Source: the human T2T-CHM13v2.0 reference genome, Homo sapiens
NCBI RefSeq assembly: GCF_009914755.1
Contig: NC_060946.1
Direction: 5' to 3' (one strand)
DNA: 64,000 nucleotides
Of this stretch, positions 22,917-36,355 are shown piece by piece. The translations under genes and the position numbers were made by a program. The notes beneath the pieces are model-generated. The model did no database searches. It worked only from the letters and a program-made list of their open reading frames with translations, and was not told the origin of the DNA. Each line of letters opens with the position of its first letter. The stretch's first letter is position 1.

Positions 22917-25201
22917 GTGAGCACCACCGTCCTAGCCCTGATCAGACCCTCCCCTCTCTTGGATGCCAGTGGCTCTGGGAATCACAGACCTGGCTTGTCT
23001 TGCACTGCCAGGACTGACACTGACTTCTCCTCTCCAAGCCTCAGTTTCCTCTTCTGCAAAATGGGTAAGGGTAGCACTCACCTCTCAGGTGGGATGAGGC
23101 TTAGAGAGTCTGTGTGCAGAGTGCCCAGCAAATGCCTGCACTTAGTAGGTGCTTTGTGAACATTGGTTCTTGGCTCCCACCCCCGACCCAGGGACCCCTG
23201 ACAGGAGTTTTAGAATCAAGCAGTCCTGGAGGTGAATCCAGCTCTGCCACCTTCTGTAGGTGTGGCCTCCCTGAGCCTCAGTTTCCTCATCTATGAAATG
23301 GGAATGTTATAGCCTGCCAGGCAGGCTGCGGTCGAGATGAAAGGATATCAAGCCCTTGGCCCGGGGTGGTACTCTCTCCCCTCACCCACCGCTGCTCTCT
23401 GCTCTGTCGGCAGGCAGACCCCTGCCTGGTGTCTGCTTTCCCCTTGGTCTCCTCTCCTGAGGGCCTGCCAGGTGTGACCCATCTGGGCAGTGCCCCAGGT
23501 GAGGGCCCTTGGCTGGCTGCCTCCCCTTCCCTGCTCTCATTTCTCGAGGGCCTGCCCAGGAGGCCAGGTATGTCCAGACGTAGGCGTGCCTTGCCCCAGG
23601 GCACACAGGGAGGAGCAGGCTCCAGGCCCTCGTCCCCCACTGGCTGATGGGCAGCCTCCAGCTAGATCCCACTGGAGGGCTTGCCCCACAATGGCACCTG
23701 GGAGGGGAGCCACAGGGCCTTGGAGGGGTAGTGAGTGCCCAGGGAAAGGGTGTCAGGAACCAGGACAGTCACTACCCCTGCCCTCCTGGGGAAAAGATGT
23801 CTTAGGAAGTTGAGGGGGAACCAGCCAGCGGCCTTTTGTGCCCGTGCTCCTGACCCCCTTCACCTATGGGCCCCGCCCCAGTGCCAGCTCCGCCCCTTTG
23901 GAGCATTTCTGGGTCTGCCTGGCTCTCCTGGAACCCTGCGTGGGGTGTTCTCTGTACTCGGAGCCACCTGGAGGGTTCCAACCTGGCCTGCAGCCTCTGA
24001 CTCCTCAGTGGCCCTTACCAGCCGTGTGCCCTCAGACACGTGCCAGACCCTCTGTTCCAGTGTCCTCATTTGTCAACAGGGACAGTGATGGCAGGTCCTT
24101 GGAATGTAGGAGCCTCCTGTGCCCTTGGCAGGGGGTCTTCCTCTGCTTTCCCTGCTCCTGGGTCTGAACACTTTCTGGATACCTTTGGCACCATTCCCAC
24201 CTGGGAAGGGAAGAGGAAGGGGTCTGTGCTCTGGATGGTGGGAAGGAGGGGCCAGTGCAGGGCCAGAGACTCATTCCAGAACCCCATGCCCTGGCCCACA
24301 GTGGCAGGAGCGCAGAGGGGGGTGAGACCACCTCTGCCCTGGGGAGAGGGCTTCCTGAGTAGGACATGTAACCTCCGGGCAGTTTCAGATGAAATGGGAC
24401 CCTTTGTGAACCTACTAACTACTGGTGCAAAGATGGCACAGGAGGCTGTGCTCAAGTTCAGTTCAGAAAACCTTTACTGAGCACCTGCTGTGTGCAAGGT
24501 TCTGTGCTGGGTGCTGCAGAACCAGATGTGAACTCACTTAAGGGACATGAGGATGCTGATCTGCCATCTCTGTGGGAGCCTTGGGTGGCTGTGTTCTGGG
24601 AACCACCTCCTTTTCAAAACCAGGGAGAGGAGTTATTACCATTTTACAGATGAGGAAATGGGCCCATAGACATCAAGGAACTTGCCCCAAATCACATAGC
24701 CAGTGAGTGGCACAGCCTGGGCTCTGACCCAGGGCTCCTGACTCCTCTCACGAGCTCCTGTTTTCAGATGCTGGGGCAAGCGTGTCTTACCCACTGGAGT
24801 AAGGATGGCAGGGACCGTCTGGTTGAGCCTCAGCTGGCCCTCCCAGCACACCTGCCAGAAAAGTATTTGTTAGCTCCATTCTGTGGGTGAGGGGACAGGA
24901 GTTCATGAATTTTTTTTTGCCCAAGATCACACAGCTGGATAATTTCAGAGCTGAGACCAAAACCCAGGACCGTGGGTCCAGCACTTTTTCTTCTATAACA
25001 GTAACTACAAGAGTATGTGGCAGGCACATAGTAGGTCCTTAGGAAAGTTTGTTGGACGAGGGCACAGCTCTGCCACACAGAGAAGACCTCTTTGTCCCTC
25101 TGCCTCCCAAGGGCAGAAGAATAGAGAGCTGAGGAGGGGTGGCTGCAGCTGGAGTCACTCACAGTCCTCACCCCTGCATTCCGCCTCCCCATGTCTCCCA
25201 G

Positions 25202-25291
25202 GCTCTGATGTCCCTCTTTGTCCTGGCATCCAAGGATGGTTGGGTGAACATCATGTACAATGGACTGGATGCTGTTGCTGTGGACCAGCAG
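25202..25291 (+). CDS. CACNA1I: CACNA1I exon 24 (repeat III pore ASKDGW)
   Basis: cccag|GCT; CAG|gtgggt; 90 nt. Confidence 0.96.
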
Positions 25292-25847
25292 GTGGGTGTA
25301 GCTGGGACCAGGCCAAGCCTTGATGCAGGGAGGAACATGGTGTCCTTGGGGCCCAGTGGTTTGAATTTGAAACTGGTGCCAATGAGTTCCACAGCCCCAG
25401 TGTCTCCCCACTGTCAGCACAGCCCACTCCTCACATCCTGGCCTGAATCTTCACCATTACAGCCCCTCCTCGGGTAGCGTAAGTCGTCGTTCCATTTGCT
25501 TTGGCAAACCCCCCCACTTTGTGTGAAGAGGCATCTGAGCTGCACCCTGCCTGGAAGGGTGCAGAGCCTGGTGGGTAGAGAACCAAGTGCAGGCAGAGAA
25601 GAGGGGCTGAGCCAGCTGGTAGAGGAACAGAGTGTGAGAGAGTGATGTGTTTAGGGAATTGGGAGTTGGGAGCCAGGAGTAGAAAGTGAGAGAGGCATGA
25701 GGTGGGGAGAGGAGGCAGGTAGTGTTAGGTGGTCTGCAAGCCCCCGGGTGTGCCATGACAAGGGGCAAAAGTTTATTCTGAGGGCAGAGAGAGCCGGTGA
25801 GGGACTTACAGCAAGAGTGGTGTCCCTGCTTGTCAGGTCTGCTTGTC

Positions 25848-25996
25848 AGTGCAGCTTCCTGAGGGCTGCTGGGTGAAGATGGATTTGGGGAGGGGGATTG
25901 GGTGGAGGAAGTCAGGGAGGAGACTCAGCCTTGGCTTCTGAGACCCCTGAGTAGCAGGGGTCCCTCTGGGGCTAGGCGGGGACTTTAGGCAAGACG
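25848..25996 (+). repeat. Copy B of the 149-bp dispersed direct repeat, adjoining an antisense L2 fragment
   Basis: See copy A. Confidence 0.95.
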
Positions 25997-26388
25997 TGTG
26001 GCTGACCAAGGTTGGCTGTGTCCAGACTGAGGGGGTCACTGGGAGAAGAAACAGAAAGATTCTCTAGCTCAAGACAGGGCCCACTCAGTGGTGGAAGCAG
26101 GGCTGTGTGCAACTCCCAGGCTGGTAATGGACCTCTGGCTCTTGGCTTCATGGGTCCCACCCAGTAAGGCTCTGGAGCTGGACGTGGGGGTGGCAGTATT
26201 GTGTGGGAGGAATGCGAACACTTGGACGCATCTTTCTCTATTTCCTTGTCTGCTCTGTCTCCTCACCCCCACCAGTGCATGCATGCACATGCGTACATGG
26301 ATTCCACCAAGGAATCTGTGCATCCAAGTTCTCCCCTCTGCTGGCCGCCTTGTTTTCTGCCTTATTTCTGGATGGGCGAATAAGTGGC

Positions 26389-26680
26389 TGGTGGGTGGAT
26401 GGATGGGTGGATGCATGGATGGGTGAATGGATGGATGGGTGGATGGATGAATGGATGGGTGGGTGGATGGATGGGTGGGTAGATAAATGAATGGGTGGCT
26501 GGCTGGCTGGCTGGTGGGTAGATGGATGGGTGGATGCATAGATGGGTGAATGGATAGATGGGTGGATGAGTGGATGGATGGGTGGGTGGATGGATGGATG
26601 GATGGGTGGTGGATGGATGGGTGGGTGAGTGGGAGGATAGGTGGATGGATGGATGGATGCATGCATAGGTGAATGAATGG
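26389..26680 (+). repeat. (GGAT/GGGT)n degenerate tetranucleotide repeat
   Basis: tggatggatgggtggatg... over ~290 bp. Confidence 0.92.
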
Positions 26681-26947
26681 ATAGGTCAATGAGAGGAAGA
26701 AGACAGATGTTTCCAGGAGGCAGCCACTGAGCAGGGAAGGAGAGGTGGCTTTCTTGGCTGAGGACGATATTGTGCCATGCCCAGGGTATTTACTTCTTAC
26801 CTGCTGCCTCATTTAGACCTCACAGCCACCTTCCTGGAGGCAGGCTCAACACATGCCCACTCCATGGAGGCTCAGCCAGGATGGGCACCTCCCCATGGCC
26901 CTGTAGGGCCCAATCAGCCTCCTCAGCCCTTTCTGACTCCCCTGCAG

Positions 26948-27140
26948 CCTGTGACCAACCACAACCCCTGGATGCTGCTGTACTTCATCTCCTTCCTGCT
27001 CATCGTCAGCTTCTTTGTGCTCAACATGTTTGTGGGTGTCGTGGTGGAGAACTTCCACAAGTGCCGGCAGCACCAGGAGGCTGAAGAGGCACGGCGGCGT
27101 GAGGAGAAGCGGCTGCGGCGCCTGGAGAAGAAGCGCCGGA
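26948..27140 (+). CDS. CACNA1I: CACNA1I exon 25 (IIIS6 and III-IV linker ...[10 protein letters not shown])
   Basis: tgcag|CCT; A|gtgagt; 193 nt. Confidence 0.96.
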
Positions 27141-27712
27141 GTGAGTGGGTGCCTGTGGAGGGCGTGGGCCACCCAGCTCTAAGCCCTTCTGCCTGGGCCT
27201 GACCCCAGCCTCCTGAGCCTTTGGAGCTGGAAGGGAACAAAAGATACAGCCCCTGTGCCCAGGGCTCAGCCACTTCTCCCAGCATCTTCCTGTCCAGGGG
27301 ATCTGAGCCCCATCAGTGTCCATCCAGAGTCCAATGGCTGACACCACTGCCAACCTGAGTGAGGCTGTTGGGGGTTCAGCCCAGGCATAGGGCAAAGGCA
27401 GACCCTGGGTGCCCTGGGCCATGGGAAACCTGCCCTCCCAGCAGGCAGGCCCAGAGCTCCTGCCACAAGCTCATTTGGGGTAGATGGAGAGAATGAATGT
27501 CCTGCCTTCTTTGTCACCCTTCTCCACAGTTTCTCTCATGGTGCTTTGGCTGGGTGGAGGAGATCTAACACTGATCCCAGGGCCTGGGGTGGATCAACAT
27601 CTTCCTCTTTGCCCCCTCCCTTTCCTCCACCTTTCTGTCCTTTGTGCTCTGTGCCCTTTCCCTTGACCCCAACCCTCTGTGGTCTTTGCCACTCCCCCTG
27701 CACCACCTGCAG

Positions 27713-27864
27713 AGGCCCAGCGGCTGCCCTACTATGCCACCTATTGTCACACCCGGCTGCTCATCCACTCCATGTGCACCAGCCACTACCTGGACATCTT
27801 CATCACCTTCATCATCTGCCTCAACGTGGTCACCATGTCCCTGGAGCACTACAATCAGCCCACG
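27713..27864 (+). CDS. CACNA1I: CACNA1I exon 26 (KAQRLPYY...IVS1)
   Basis: tgcag|AG; ACG|gtgagc; 152 nt. Confidence 0.96.
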
Positions 27865-28559
27865 GTGAGCCCTGGTCTGCCTCCCAGCCCAAGGTTACAA
27901 GGTGAGGGTGGGGTCTCAGCAGGACCCCACCCCAGGGATAGGGTGGGGAAGGGGTTAGCTGATAGCAGGATGTGAGCAGCCCCTCCATGCTGGGCTCTAT
28001 GCTGGGCACTGCAGTGGGAGGAGGTGCCGGACAAGCTTGCCCTCAGGAAGCTCAGAGTCTGGAAGGGAACGGTCAGAGGGAAGGTGGGTCAGGGAGGCAG
28101 GATTTGGACCGTGGCTTGCACATGGGTGGCAATGACTGTGATGTGTTAAATATTGACTCTTTGCAAGGCACGCTACATATATGAACTCTTTAATCCTCGC
28201 AGCAATCCTAAGGCTGGCAGGGGGAATCCTTTGTCTGGATTTTATAGGTGAAGAGCCTGAGGCTTAGAGAGGTTAAATATGCTGCCCAAATTACTCAGCC
28301 ATAGGTAGTGGAACCAGGTCTGGAACTTAGATTTGCATTCAAAGCCTACCATGTAGCCTCCTTTACTACCTGGGTATATGGAGACGAGGCAAAAGGGTGG
28401 AAGGACCATTTCAGGCAAACACTGGGGGTGGGTGAGGATGACCATTTCCCAGCTTGTTGCAGACCAGGTATGTGAGGGGCATGTGAGGAGCAAGTGCATT
28501 CTAAAAACCCTGATGGAGTTGGAGGGGAAGAAGAGGGAAGCAGAGCCGCCAGGTGTGAA

Positions 28560-29050
28560 ATTAATACCTTATTTCAAATGATGGGAGAGGAATATTATGA
28601 ATGCAGAAAAAAGAAAGATAACCATTGGCAGAATGAAACAATAATTATACAACTTCCAAATTAACAGGAAAAATGGAATATTAATAGCTTACATTTACCA
28701 AGTATTATTCTGTTTCCAGCACCGAACTATCAGCTCATTTAATTTGCATACCAGCTTTCTAAGATGAAATGACTTACTCAAGATCATAAGGTGAATATGG
28801 AGTGAGCACTAAGCCAGGATTCAAATGTAGGCAGTCTGGCTCAGTAGCTCTTCATTAATACCCTATATTGCCTCCAAAGGTACCAACTCGACCAGATACA
28901 CATAAATAAGAAAAAGGGAACAGAAGGAATAGCAGCATAAAATAAATAGTACACACTAAGATGGAAAGAATAAAAGCAGCATATAAATAATTACACTAAA
29001 AGTAAATGGACTAAATTCTCTCCTTAAAAGGCAGAGACTTTCTGAGTGGA
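28560..29050 (+). mobile_element. Old L1 (L1M) fragment at the ORF1/ORF2 junction, interrupted by a MIR
   Basis: A-rich; aataattacactaaaagtaaatggactaaattctc...aaaaggcagagact resembles the L1 ORF2 start. Confidence 0.55.
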
Positions 29051-29108
29051 GGAAGGTTGTGGAGCAGGTCATGTGCCCTGGATCATGCTTCTCTTTGTTC
29101 CTCCATAG

Positions 29109-29218
29109 TCCCTGGAGACAGCCCTCAAGTACTGCAACTATATGTTCACCACTGTCTTTGTGCTGGAGGCTGTGCTGAAGCTGGTGGCATTTGGTCTGAG
29201 GCGCTTCTTCAAGGACCG
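29109..29218 (+). CDS. CACNA1I: CACNA1I exon 27 (IVS2 [13 protein letters not shown]...RFFKD)
   Basis: catag|TCC; CG|gtgagt; 110 nt. Confidence 0.95.
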
Positions 29219-29858
29219 GTGAGTGGCCAGGCTGGATTAGGGCAGTAATAGGGTAGACTGCAGGATGAAGAAGCAGTCCTGACCCTTAGGGAAGTCTGGA
29301 GCAGCCTGAAGAGGGGAACCAGTAAGCATCTAGGCACGGATGGACAGGCACCCCAGCTGCTGCTTATAGCTCTGAACAGGAAATAATTATGGTATCATCT
29401 GATGGGCGTAGGGCATTCTACCTGGCCCTTCTTGGCTCATCTTTGGTACGTTGTCTCTACCCTATGGGCAGAGCAGGGTCTGCCTCATGCTAATACTCCT
29501 TTTTGAAGGGAATAGTGAGGCTCAAAGAAGTTGATGGACTAGCCTAAGGCCAGACAGAGAGAGCAGCCAGCTCAAGATTAGACTTGGAAGTCATAGTCCA
29601 TGCCTCCTCTCCTGCAGGAGGCCAGAGATATTTATTTAGCCTGATCAGCCCCTTGCTTGACGGAGTGATGGCTATGGGGAGCAGAGAGGGGCCTGGACCC
29701 AGTGGCGTTAGGAGGGGCTAGTAAGGGAGGGCAGCCACACAGCCTAATGGGCCACAATAGAAGGGTCAGGACCTGGGAGGCTCCCCCCACTAAGGTGTGT
29801 CTGAACCAGAGGGATCCTCCTCATGCCCACTCCTGCCCTCCCATGCACGGCTGAGCAG

Positions 29859-29992
29859 ATGGAACCAGCTGGACCTGGCCATTGTGCTACTGTCAGTCAT
29901 GGGCATCACCCTGGAGGAGATCGAGATCAATGCGGCCCTGCCCATCAATCCCACCATCATCCGCATCATGAGGGTTCTGCGCATTGCCCGAG
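29859..29992 (+). CDS. CACNA1I: CACNA1I exon 28 (IVS3-S4 WNQLDLAIV...[12 protein letters not shown])
   Basis: agcag|A; G|gtgagg; 134 nt. Confidence 0.96.
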
Positions 29993-30872
29993 GTGAGGGG
30001 CAAGGGGTGGGACAGGGAACGGGGACAAGCAGGGGCGGGATGAGACTCCTCATTGCCTGATGAGAACACACAGGAGTGGGGTGGGGAGGGGTGGGGGCAG
30101 GAGTTTGCAGGCATGGTGGGCTCCTTGCTGAACAGGGGTGAGAAGGAGCTGGGAGGCACACAGCCAACACACACGCATGCACCCTCTGTGTGCACACACC
30201 TCCCCCAACACACAGGCAACTTTGCATAGCACACATGGACACACACTCCCACTTCCTTATGACGCCATGACCCATGGGGTCCAGTCTCAGAGTGTGATGC
30301 AAGGAACCCAGTCCAACTGGGAAGATGTGAAACACCTCCAGTTCCTCGCTGGCATTTCTCAAACACAGTGACTGGGACGCACGGTCTTCAGAGATCCTTC
30401 TCCCTCCCCTCAAGGTAGTTCGTACACTTCTTTTAAAAGCCTCCTGCCTCAGGGCGAGCCCAGGTGCCTCTTGCTCTTCTGCCTGCCAGAAACTCAGCGA
30501 GTGATGCCAGAGTCCTCTTTATCGAGAGGGGAAGAGAAGAGATGTGGCCACTCACGCTGGTCCTTTGTGCCCGTGACAGTTCATGGCCCACCCATTCACA
30601 CACTTCATAGACCTCAGTTTCCATGAGTATGCCCCGTCCTCGGGGGCTTTTCTACAGTGACACCCACGCCTTGTGTCCACATGTTTTTGTGCATGCCCCA
30701 CTCACCCTGTGGCTGCACCCACATTCTTGTAATGTGGTATCTGAGAGCCAGACTCTGCTTGCACGTGCCTTCATGTTCTCTTCTCCCAAGTTTACACACG
30801 TGCACACATGCGTGCACACACACGTCCCCACCGGCCTGGGGCTGAGTGGGCAGGGCTGGGTCTCGCCCGCAG

Positions 30873-30943
30873 TGCTGAAGCTGTTGAAGATGGCCACAGG
30901 AATGCGGGCCCTGCTGGACACGGTGGTGCAAGCTTTGCCCCAG
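30873..30943 (+). CDS. CACNA1I: CACNA1I exon 29 ([24 protein letters not shown])
   Basis: cgcag|TG; CAG|gtaaga; 71 nt. Confidence 0.96.
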
Positions 30944-33900
30944 GTAAGAGCCACTCTTTCTGGCAGCCCTCCTAGGGGTCATTGGTGTCAGGCTGGGCCC
31001 TGGGGCATGAAGGCCCTGATTTCCCTTCTCCTCACATCTGCCAGAGCCAGGGCAGATGCTGTCTCTGGGGATGCATTTTGAGCCAGGGGCTGAGAGGCAG
31101 GAAGGGTCCCTTTATGCCTCTTTCTTCCAGTTTCACCATGTGGTTGCCAGTGCCACTCTGTGTCCAGCCCTGTGCACGCACTGAGGGTCCACATTGTGCC
31201 CTTGGTTGCCCCCAGGCTGGTGGAGGGAGATGGATACTTCAGGGAGATGTGGGGAGGGACCTCCAGCATGCTCCAGAGAGAGAGAAGAGTGCCAGACACT
31301 CCCTGGGGAGATCAGGGAAGGCAGCCTAGGAAAGGGGACCTTTGAGCTTGACTTCCAAGGGTGGCTTGGCAGAAGGAGGTGGCAGTGTGGATGGAGAAGT
31401 TCCGAGATGGCATTCCAGGAGGGGCAGCATGAGACCCTGACCCAGGTGGGGATCTGAGAAGTTAGGGAAGTTGCTCTACCCGCACCCTGCGGTTAGTGAA
31501 AGGGGAGATGTGATCAGGGCCACAGAGGGCATCTTTTTCATCCTCCCGAGAATTCTGCAATCCCAGTCCTTCCCTCCCCCGCTGTCTTGACTGCTTGAGG
31601 CTCCCCTTCCCCCTCCCCTCAGGGTGGCCTCTGCTCTCAGCTGAGCCTCAGGCACATTTATTCATTATGACTCAACGAGTCATCAGGAAGTTTAGGTGCC
31701 TTAAAATACAAGGCACAGATACTGCACATTAAAAATGAGGATACAAGATTAATGGCCCAGGGAAGGTGGAAGCAGAGCTAATTCTTTCGGGGACCGGGGC
31801 TAAGGACATGGGTGAGTTCTGTTCCTGAATTTGGTGTGAGCTTCCCAGCAGCCTTGGTATAAAGGGAAAGTGGCATGGTCTGGATGGAAAGCAAGGGCAT
31901 TCATTCAGAGACGTGGTTTTTCCTAACACTAAACCCCTTCAGGGGACTTTGTCCCATGGGAGATGGGGGTGATGCTGGGCTGCAGGCTGTGCCGACAGGA
32001 AGTAGATTGGAGCCCCGGCTTGGGCCATAATGCTTGAGAGCAAAGCCTGGGCCCTGGGCATGCGACTTAGCTTTTCGTGCCTCAGTTTCCTTGCCTGTGA
32101 AATGAGGATGGTGGTGAAGCATCGCTCCCTCAAGCGCTTATTTCAAAGGGCGGCGGTGAGGTGTCAGATGGTTAAAGCTTATGAAGCACTTAAGAGGTCT
32201 GGTTCATGAGAAGTGCCATTTAAGAGGCTGCTAGGGGTGGGGATGGTGAGTGTGTGGCTCGGCCTCCCTGGCCTCCTTGCTCCCTCTCCCCTTCCCCATG
32301 CTCTGACCCCTGGGCGGTTCTATCATGACTCCCAAATCCAGTGTGGAGCTGGCATGGGGCACGGCACATGGAGATGTTCAGGACATCCCAGCCTCCAGCA
32401 GGAGACCCAAGGTAGTCATTACAAGTGCATTAGCACTTGAGAAGAAGCACGTGCCAAGTGCCACTGGCCGTGAAATGGTGCTTACCCCTCAAAATCCATT
32501 TGCTGTTGCTCATGTTGTTGTATGGACATTGGCCATTTCCTCGATTCTACGTAAAGTGCTAGGAAAATGAAACTTCAGCCTCTTCCCACCAGTCTCTGCC
32601 CCAAGAAGAGGGAGGAGGCATCAGAGAAGGCTTCTCAGGGGAGGTGACCCATGGACTGGGCTTTGAGGGGTGGGGAGGAGGCATTTTACAGGCAAAGATA
32701 GAGGGTCCTCCCTGCAGAGGGAAAATAATATGCCAAGGCACTGTGGGGCTGTTTTCTGTGTGGCTGGAGTGTGTGGGATTGGAAGATCAGGCTGGGAGGG
32801 GGGTCCCTGGGGGCCAGGTCACAGCACACCTTCAGTGCTAGGGCAGCAGAATTGGGCTTTATCTTGCAGGCAGCAGGTGCCACAGGAGGGTTCTAGACAA
32901 GGAAGGCTGCAGCCGAGCTGCCTTTGAGAAGGTGGCTCTGCTGGCTGGGAGGAGAATGGATTGGAGGGAGAGGCTGGAGGCAGGGAAGCTGGTGAGGAGG
33001 CTGCTGCAACCCTGCCGGCTCTGAGATGCTGACAGCAGGGAGGGGACAGATAGAAAAGCTGACGGCAATCCTGGTTAAGAGATGCTGCCCCCGCCGGCCT
33101 GTGCAGGGCACAAAGCTGAATTCCTAGAGCCGCGACCACGCCAGATCCTTCTCAGCGGTCAGGGCCTTACAGTTGGCCTCACGGGTGCTCAGTAAGTGCT
33201 TGTTTTATTAATGAAGGGAACATCATTTAATTAGTCAGACACTAGCAGTGTAGAACGGCTGGCCAGGAAACCCTGCTCTGGAGTGGAGCGGAGAAACTCG
33301 AGGAGTGGTGATTAATGGGGTTTACTTTTCAGCAGTTAACGTGAACGTTTTCTGAGGGTTCTAAGGCCTTCTGAGGGTTCTAAGAGATATTTCATTTCTA
33401 GGGCAAGAATGTGTTTTAGCCTTATCTTATCCATAGCATGAGTTAAAGGTGGTCTCCAATGCATGGATAGATTTGAACTAGGTTTGGAATCTGGGACGCT
33501 TTCTCCCACAGGAGCTGTGGGATGGGGGTGGCTGGGTTTGCAGAGGCTTCTGGGGCCCACGGGCCTGCGTGATTCCTGCCTTCCCTCCTCTCTATGGCCA
33601 GGCCTCATGCTGGCCCAAGGAGGCAAATCTGACCTCATGCAGCTGTGTTCCTGCTCTTGAAGATTTCCCAGACCAGCAGATGACAGTGACAGGGATAAGT
33701 GCATTTCGGTGGTTTCGTAGAGGAGCTAGTGTTAGAGCTGAGACCTCCTGCCTTCTCCCTTCCCTTCGTTCATCCATCCATTCAACCTTGGTAGCCACTC
33801 AAGGCGTGTAGCATAGATTGTGTGCATGGACCCTGGGGCCAGCCTGCTGGGTTTGGACCCTTGTCCTACCAGTTACTAGCTGTGCGACTCTGGACAAGTG

Positions 33901-34250
33901 ATGTCACCTCTCAGTCTGTCTCCTTCTTCTTCTGAAGAATGGGGATAAAAGATAGTTCGTGGATTATTGTGAGGAGGAAGTGAGCTCATGAACCTTAAGT
34001 GCTGGAAATGGGACAGCTTGTGGTAAAGGTGGCACAAGTGTTTTCTTGTTATTCTGAGCCCTGTGCTGGACCCAGCCTGCCCTCCAGGTCCTGTAGGGGT
34101 GGCAGACGTGGACACACAGCCTGGGGGAATGTTACAGCTGCTCTGACCCACAGGCTGCCCAACCCCACTGCCCCAGCCTCCACCCTTCCCAGGCCTGGTG
34201 CGCCCCCACCCGCTCCCCAGCCCCACCCGGCCTCACCTGTCCTCCCGCAG

Positions 34251-34329
34251 GTGGGCAACCTGGGCCTCCTCTTCATGCTGCTCTTCTTCATCTATGCTGC
34301 TCTCGGGGTGGAGCTCTTTGGGAAGCTGG
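34251..34329 (+). CDS. CACNA1I: CACNA1I exon 30 (IVS5 [26 protein letters not shown])
   Basis: cgcag|GTG; G|gtgagt; 79 nt. Confidence 0.96.
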
Positions 34330-34896
34330 GTGAGTGACTCCCAGAGCAGGCCCGTGGTGGGGGTGCAGCAGGGCTGCAGGAGGAACTGGGGGGGCGGGGG
34401 AGGCCTGAGACCCCTGAGCCCGTCACATCAGGGTCTTTGTATTGGGGAGATGCCTACAGCAGGGCCCTCAGCTGTCTGGTCTCCCAGGAAAACTGCCCTC
34501 CCTACCCCGGTGTTGGTGCCTGTCCTGAGCCAGCGCCACCCCAGCAAGTGGAGAGGCCAGGGCAGGGGAAAGAGCAACAGAGCGCTCGCTGAGCTCCGCC
34601 CTACACCGGGATGGCTCCAGAAAGCAGGGTTCCCCGAGGGGCTGGCCCTCACCCCATTTCACCCTCTTTCTCAGAAACCCATTCTTCGGCGGGGAGCAGA
34701 GCCAGACTCACCCAAACCTGAGCCCCAGCTCATGTGCCATCTCCCCGAGCCTCAGTTTATCTGTGGGCTGGGCACAGTCTGCAGGCCCCTCCTAGGGTGT
34801 GATGAGGGTTCTGAGGCGAGGCGGGAGGCACCAGGTCAGGGTGAGCCCCGCAGGCACTCCGCCATCGGGCAGGGCTGACCTCCTCCCCGCTTCCAG

Positions 34897-35018
34897 TCTG
34901 CAACGACGAGAACCCGTGCGAGGGCATGAGCCGGCATGCCACCTTCGAGAACTTCGGCATGGCCTTCCTCACACTCTTCCAGGTCTCCACGGGTGACAAC
35001 TGGAACGGGATCATGAAG
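34897..35018 (+). CDS. CACNA1I: CACNA1I exon 31 (repeat IV pore [12 protein letters not shown])
   Basis: tccag|TC; AAG|gtactc; 122 nt. Confidence 0.96.
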
Positions 35019-36016
35019 GTACTCCTGGGCGGGCTGGGGTGGAGAAATCAGCCAGGTGCTGGGACAGTGAGGATGCTGGTCCTGCTGCTCAGGGCTCTGC
35101 CCACCCAGGGCCCCACCACACATGGGAGGGGCATGCAGGGCACGGAGGAGTGGAGGGGCCTGCCCAGGACCAGCACAGTGGGGAGAGCTGAGCCAGAACA
35201 GGCCCCCTGTCTACACTGCCTCATCCCCCAGTGTTGCCTGGGATCAGGGCTCAGATTCTAGGGTAGACAACTCCACCCAGTTCCGGAGGGGACCTGGGGC
35301 CCAGGCAGGCCTGAAGGCCAGGGCCAGGCCCCCTAGTGATTTCCACGCTGACCAGGTCACCCGGCAGAGGCTCCCTGGCCTGGGCTGCAACCCGGGCTGG
35401 GCTGGGAAGGGCAGGGAGGGGCTCCCAGAGGACAGGGGTAAGGCCTCGGTTCCGGGGCCCTAGGGTGGAGAGGGCAGAGGTAGGCCTGTTCTGCCTCCCA
35501 CCCCCACCCTGCAGAGCCCCCAGTGCCCCCAGCAAGGGGGCAGGAAGCCAGGGTGCTGGGAGAGGCGGCCAATCTCCTCAGCCCAGGGCGGGAAGGTGAT
35601 GGAGTCTTCTTGGGCTTTGTGGTTGGGGGTTGAGCTGAAAAACCAGAAAGGAAGGACAGGGAGGCCCTGGTCACGAATGCACCCTACTCCCCAGGGGCCC
35701 CTGAAGGAAGCCCCAGATGCCCCTTCTCAGGCCTGACTGTCCCGGGGAAGCAGGCCAGCTGTGGGGAGGGTGACATGGGCAGGAGCAAGAGAGGAGGAGA
35801 GGGCGCTGGGCCATCCGTCTGTCCATGCGGGGACTTAGCTGAAGCTGAGGCAGGCAGATGCCGCAACAAGGCAGAGTGGGGCAGGGCAGCCCGGGGCCAT
35901 CTCGGGGGTTGAATCTCGGTCTTGCTGCCTCCGAGCGTGGCCCTGGGCTGGCCTCTGCCTCCAGCAGCCTCTGGGATGTCTCCGTCCTCATCCTCACCGC
36001 CCTCCCTGCCACGCAG

Positions 36017-36355
36017 GACACGCTGCGGGACTGCACCCACGACGAGCGCAGCTGCCTGAGCAGCCTGCAGTTTGTGTCGCCGCTGTACTTCGTGAGCTTC
36101 GTGCTCACCGCGCAGTTCGTGCTCATCAACGTGGTGGTGGCTGTGCTCATGAAGCACCTGGACGACAGCAACAAGGAGGCGCAGGAGGACGCCGAGATGG
36201 ATGCCGAGCTCGAGCTGGAGATGGCCCATGGCCTGGGCCCTGGCCCGAGGCTGCCTACCGGCTCCCCGGGCGCCCCTGGCCGAGGGCCGGGAGGGGCGGG
36301 CGGCGGGGGCGACACCGAGGGCGGCTTGTGCCGGCGCTGCTACTCGCCTGCCCAG
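36017..36355 (+). CDS. CACNA1I: CACNA1I exon 32 (IVS6 and proximal C-terminus)
   Basis: cgcag|GAC; CAG|gtgggc; 339 nt. Confidence 0.96.

Noticed and set aside
26069-26812. 247-aa HPSI-repeat ORF
   Set aside because: Translation of the (GGAT)n repeat
29853-29858. GAGCAG tandem acceptor at exon 28
   Set aside because: GAG is rarely used as an acceptor; no supporting evidence
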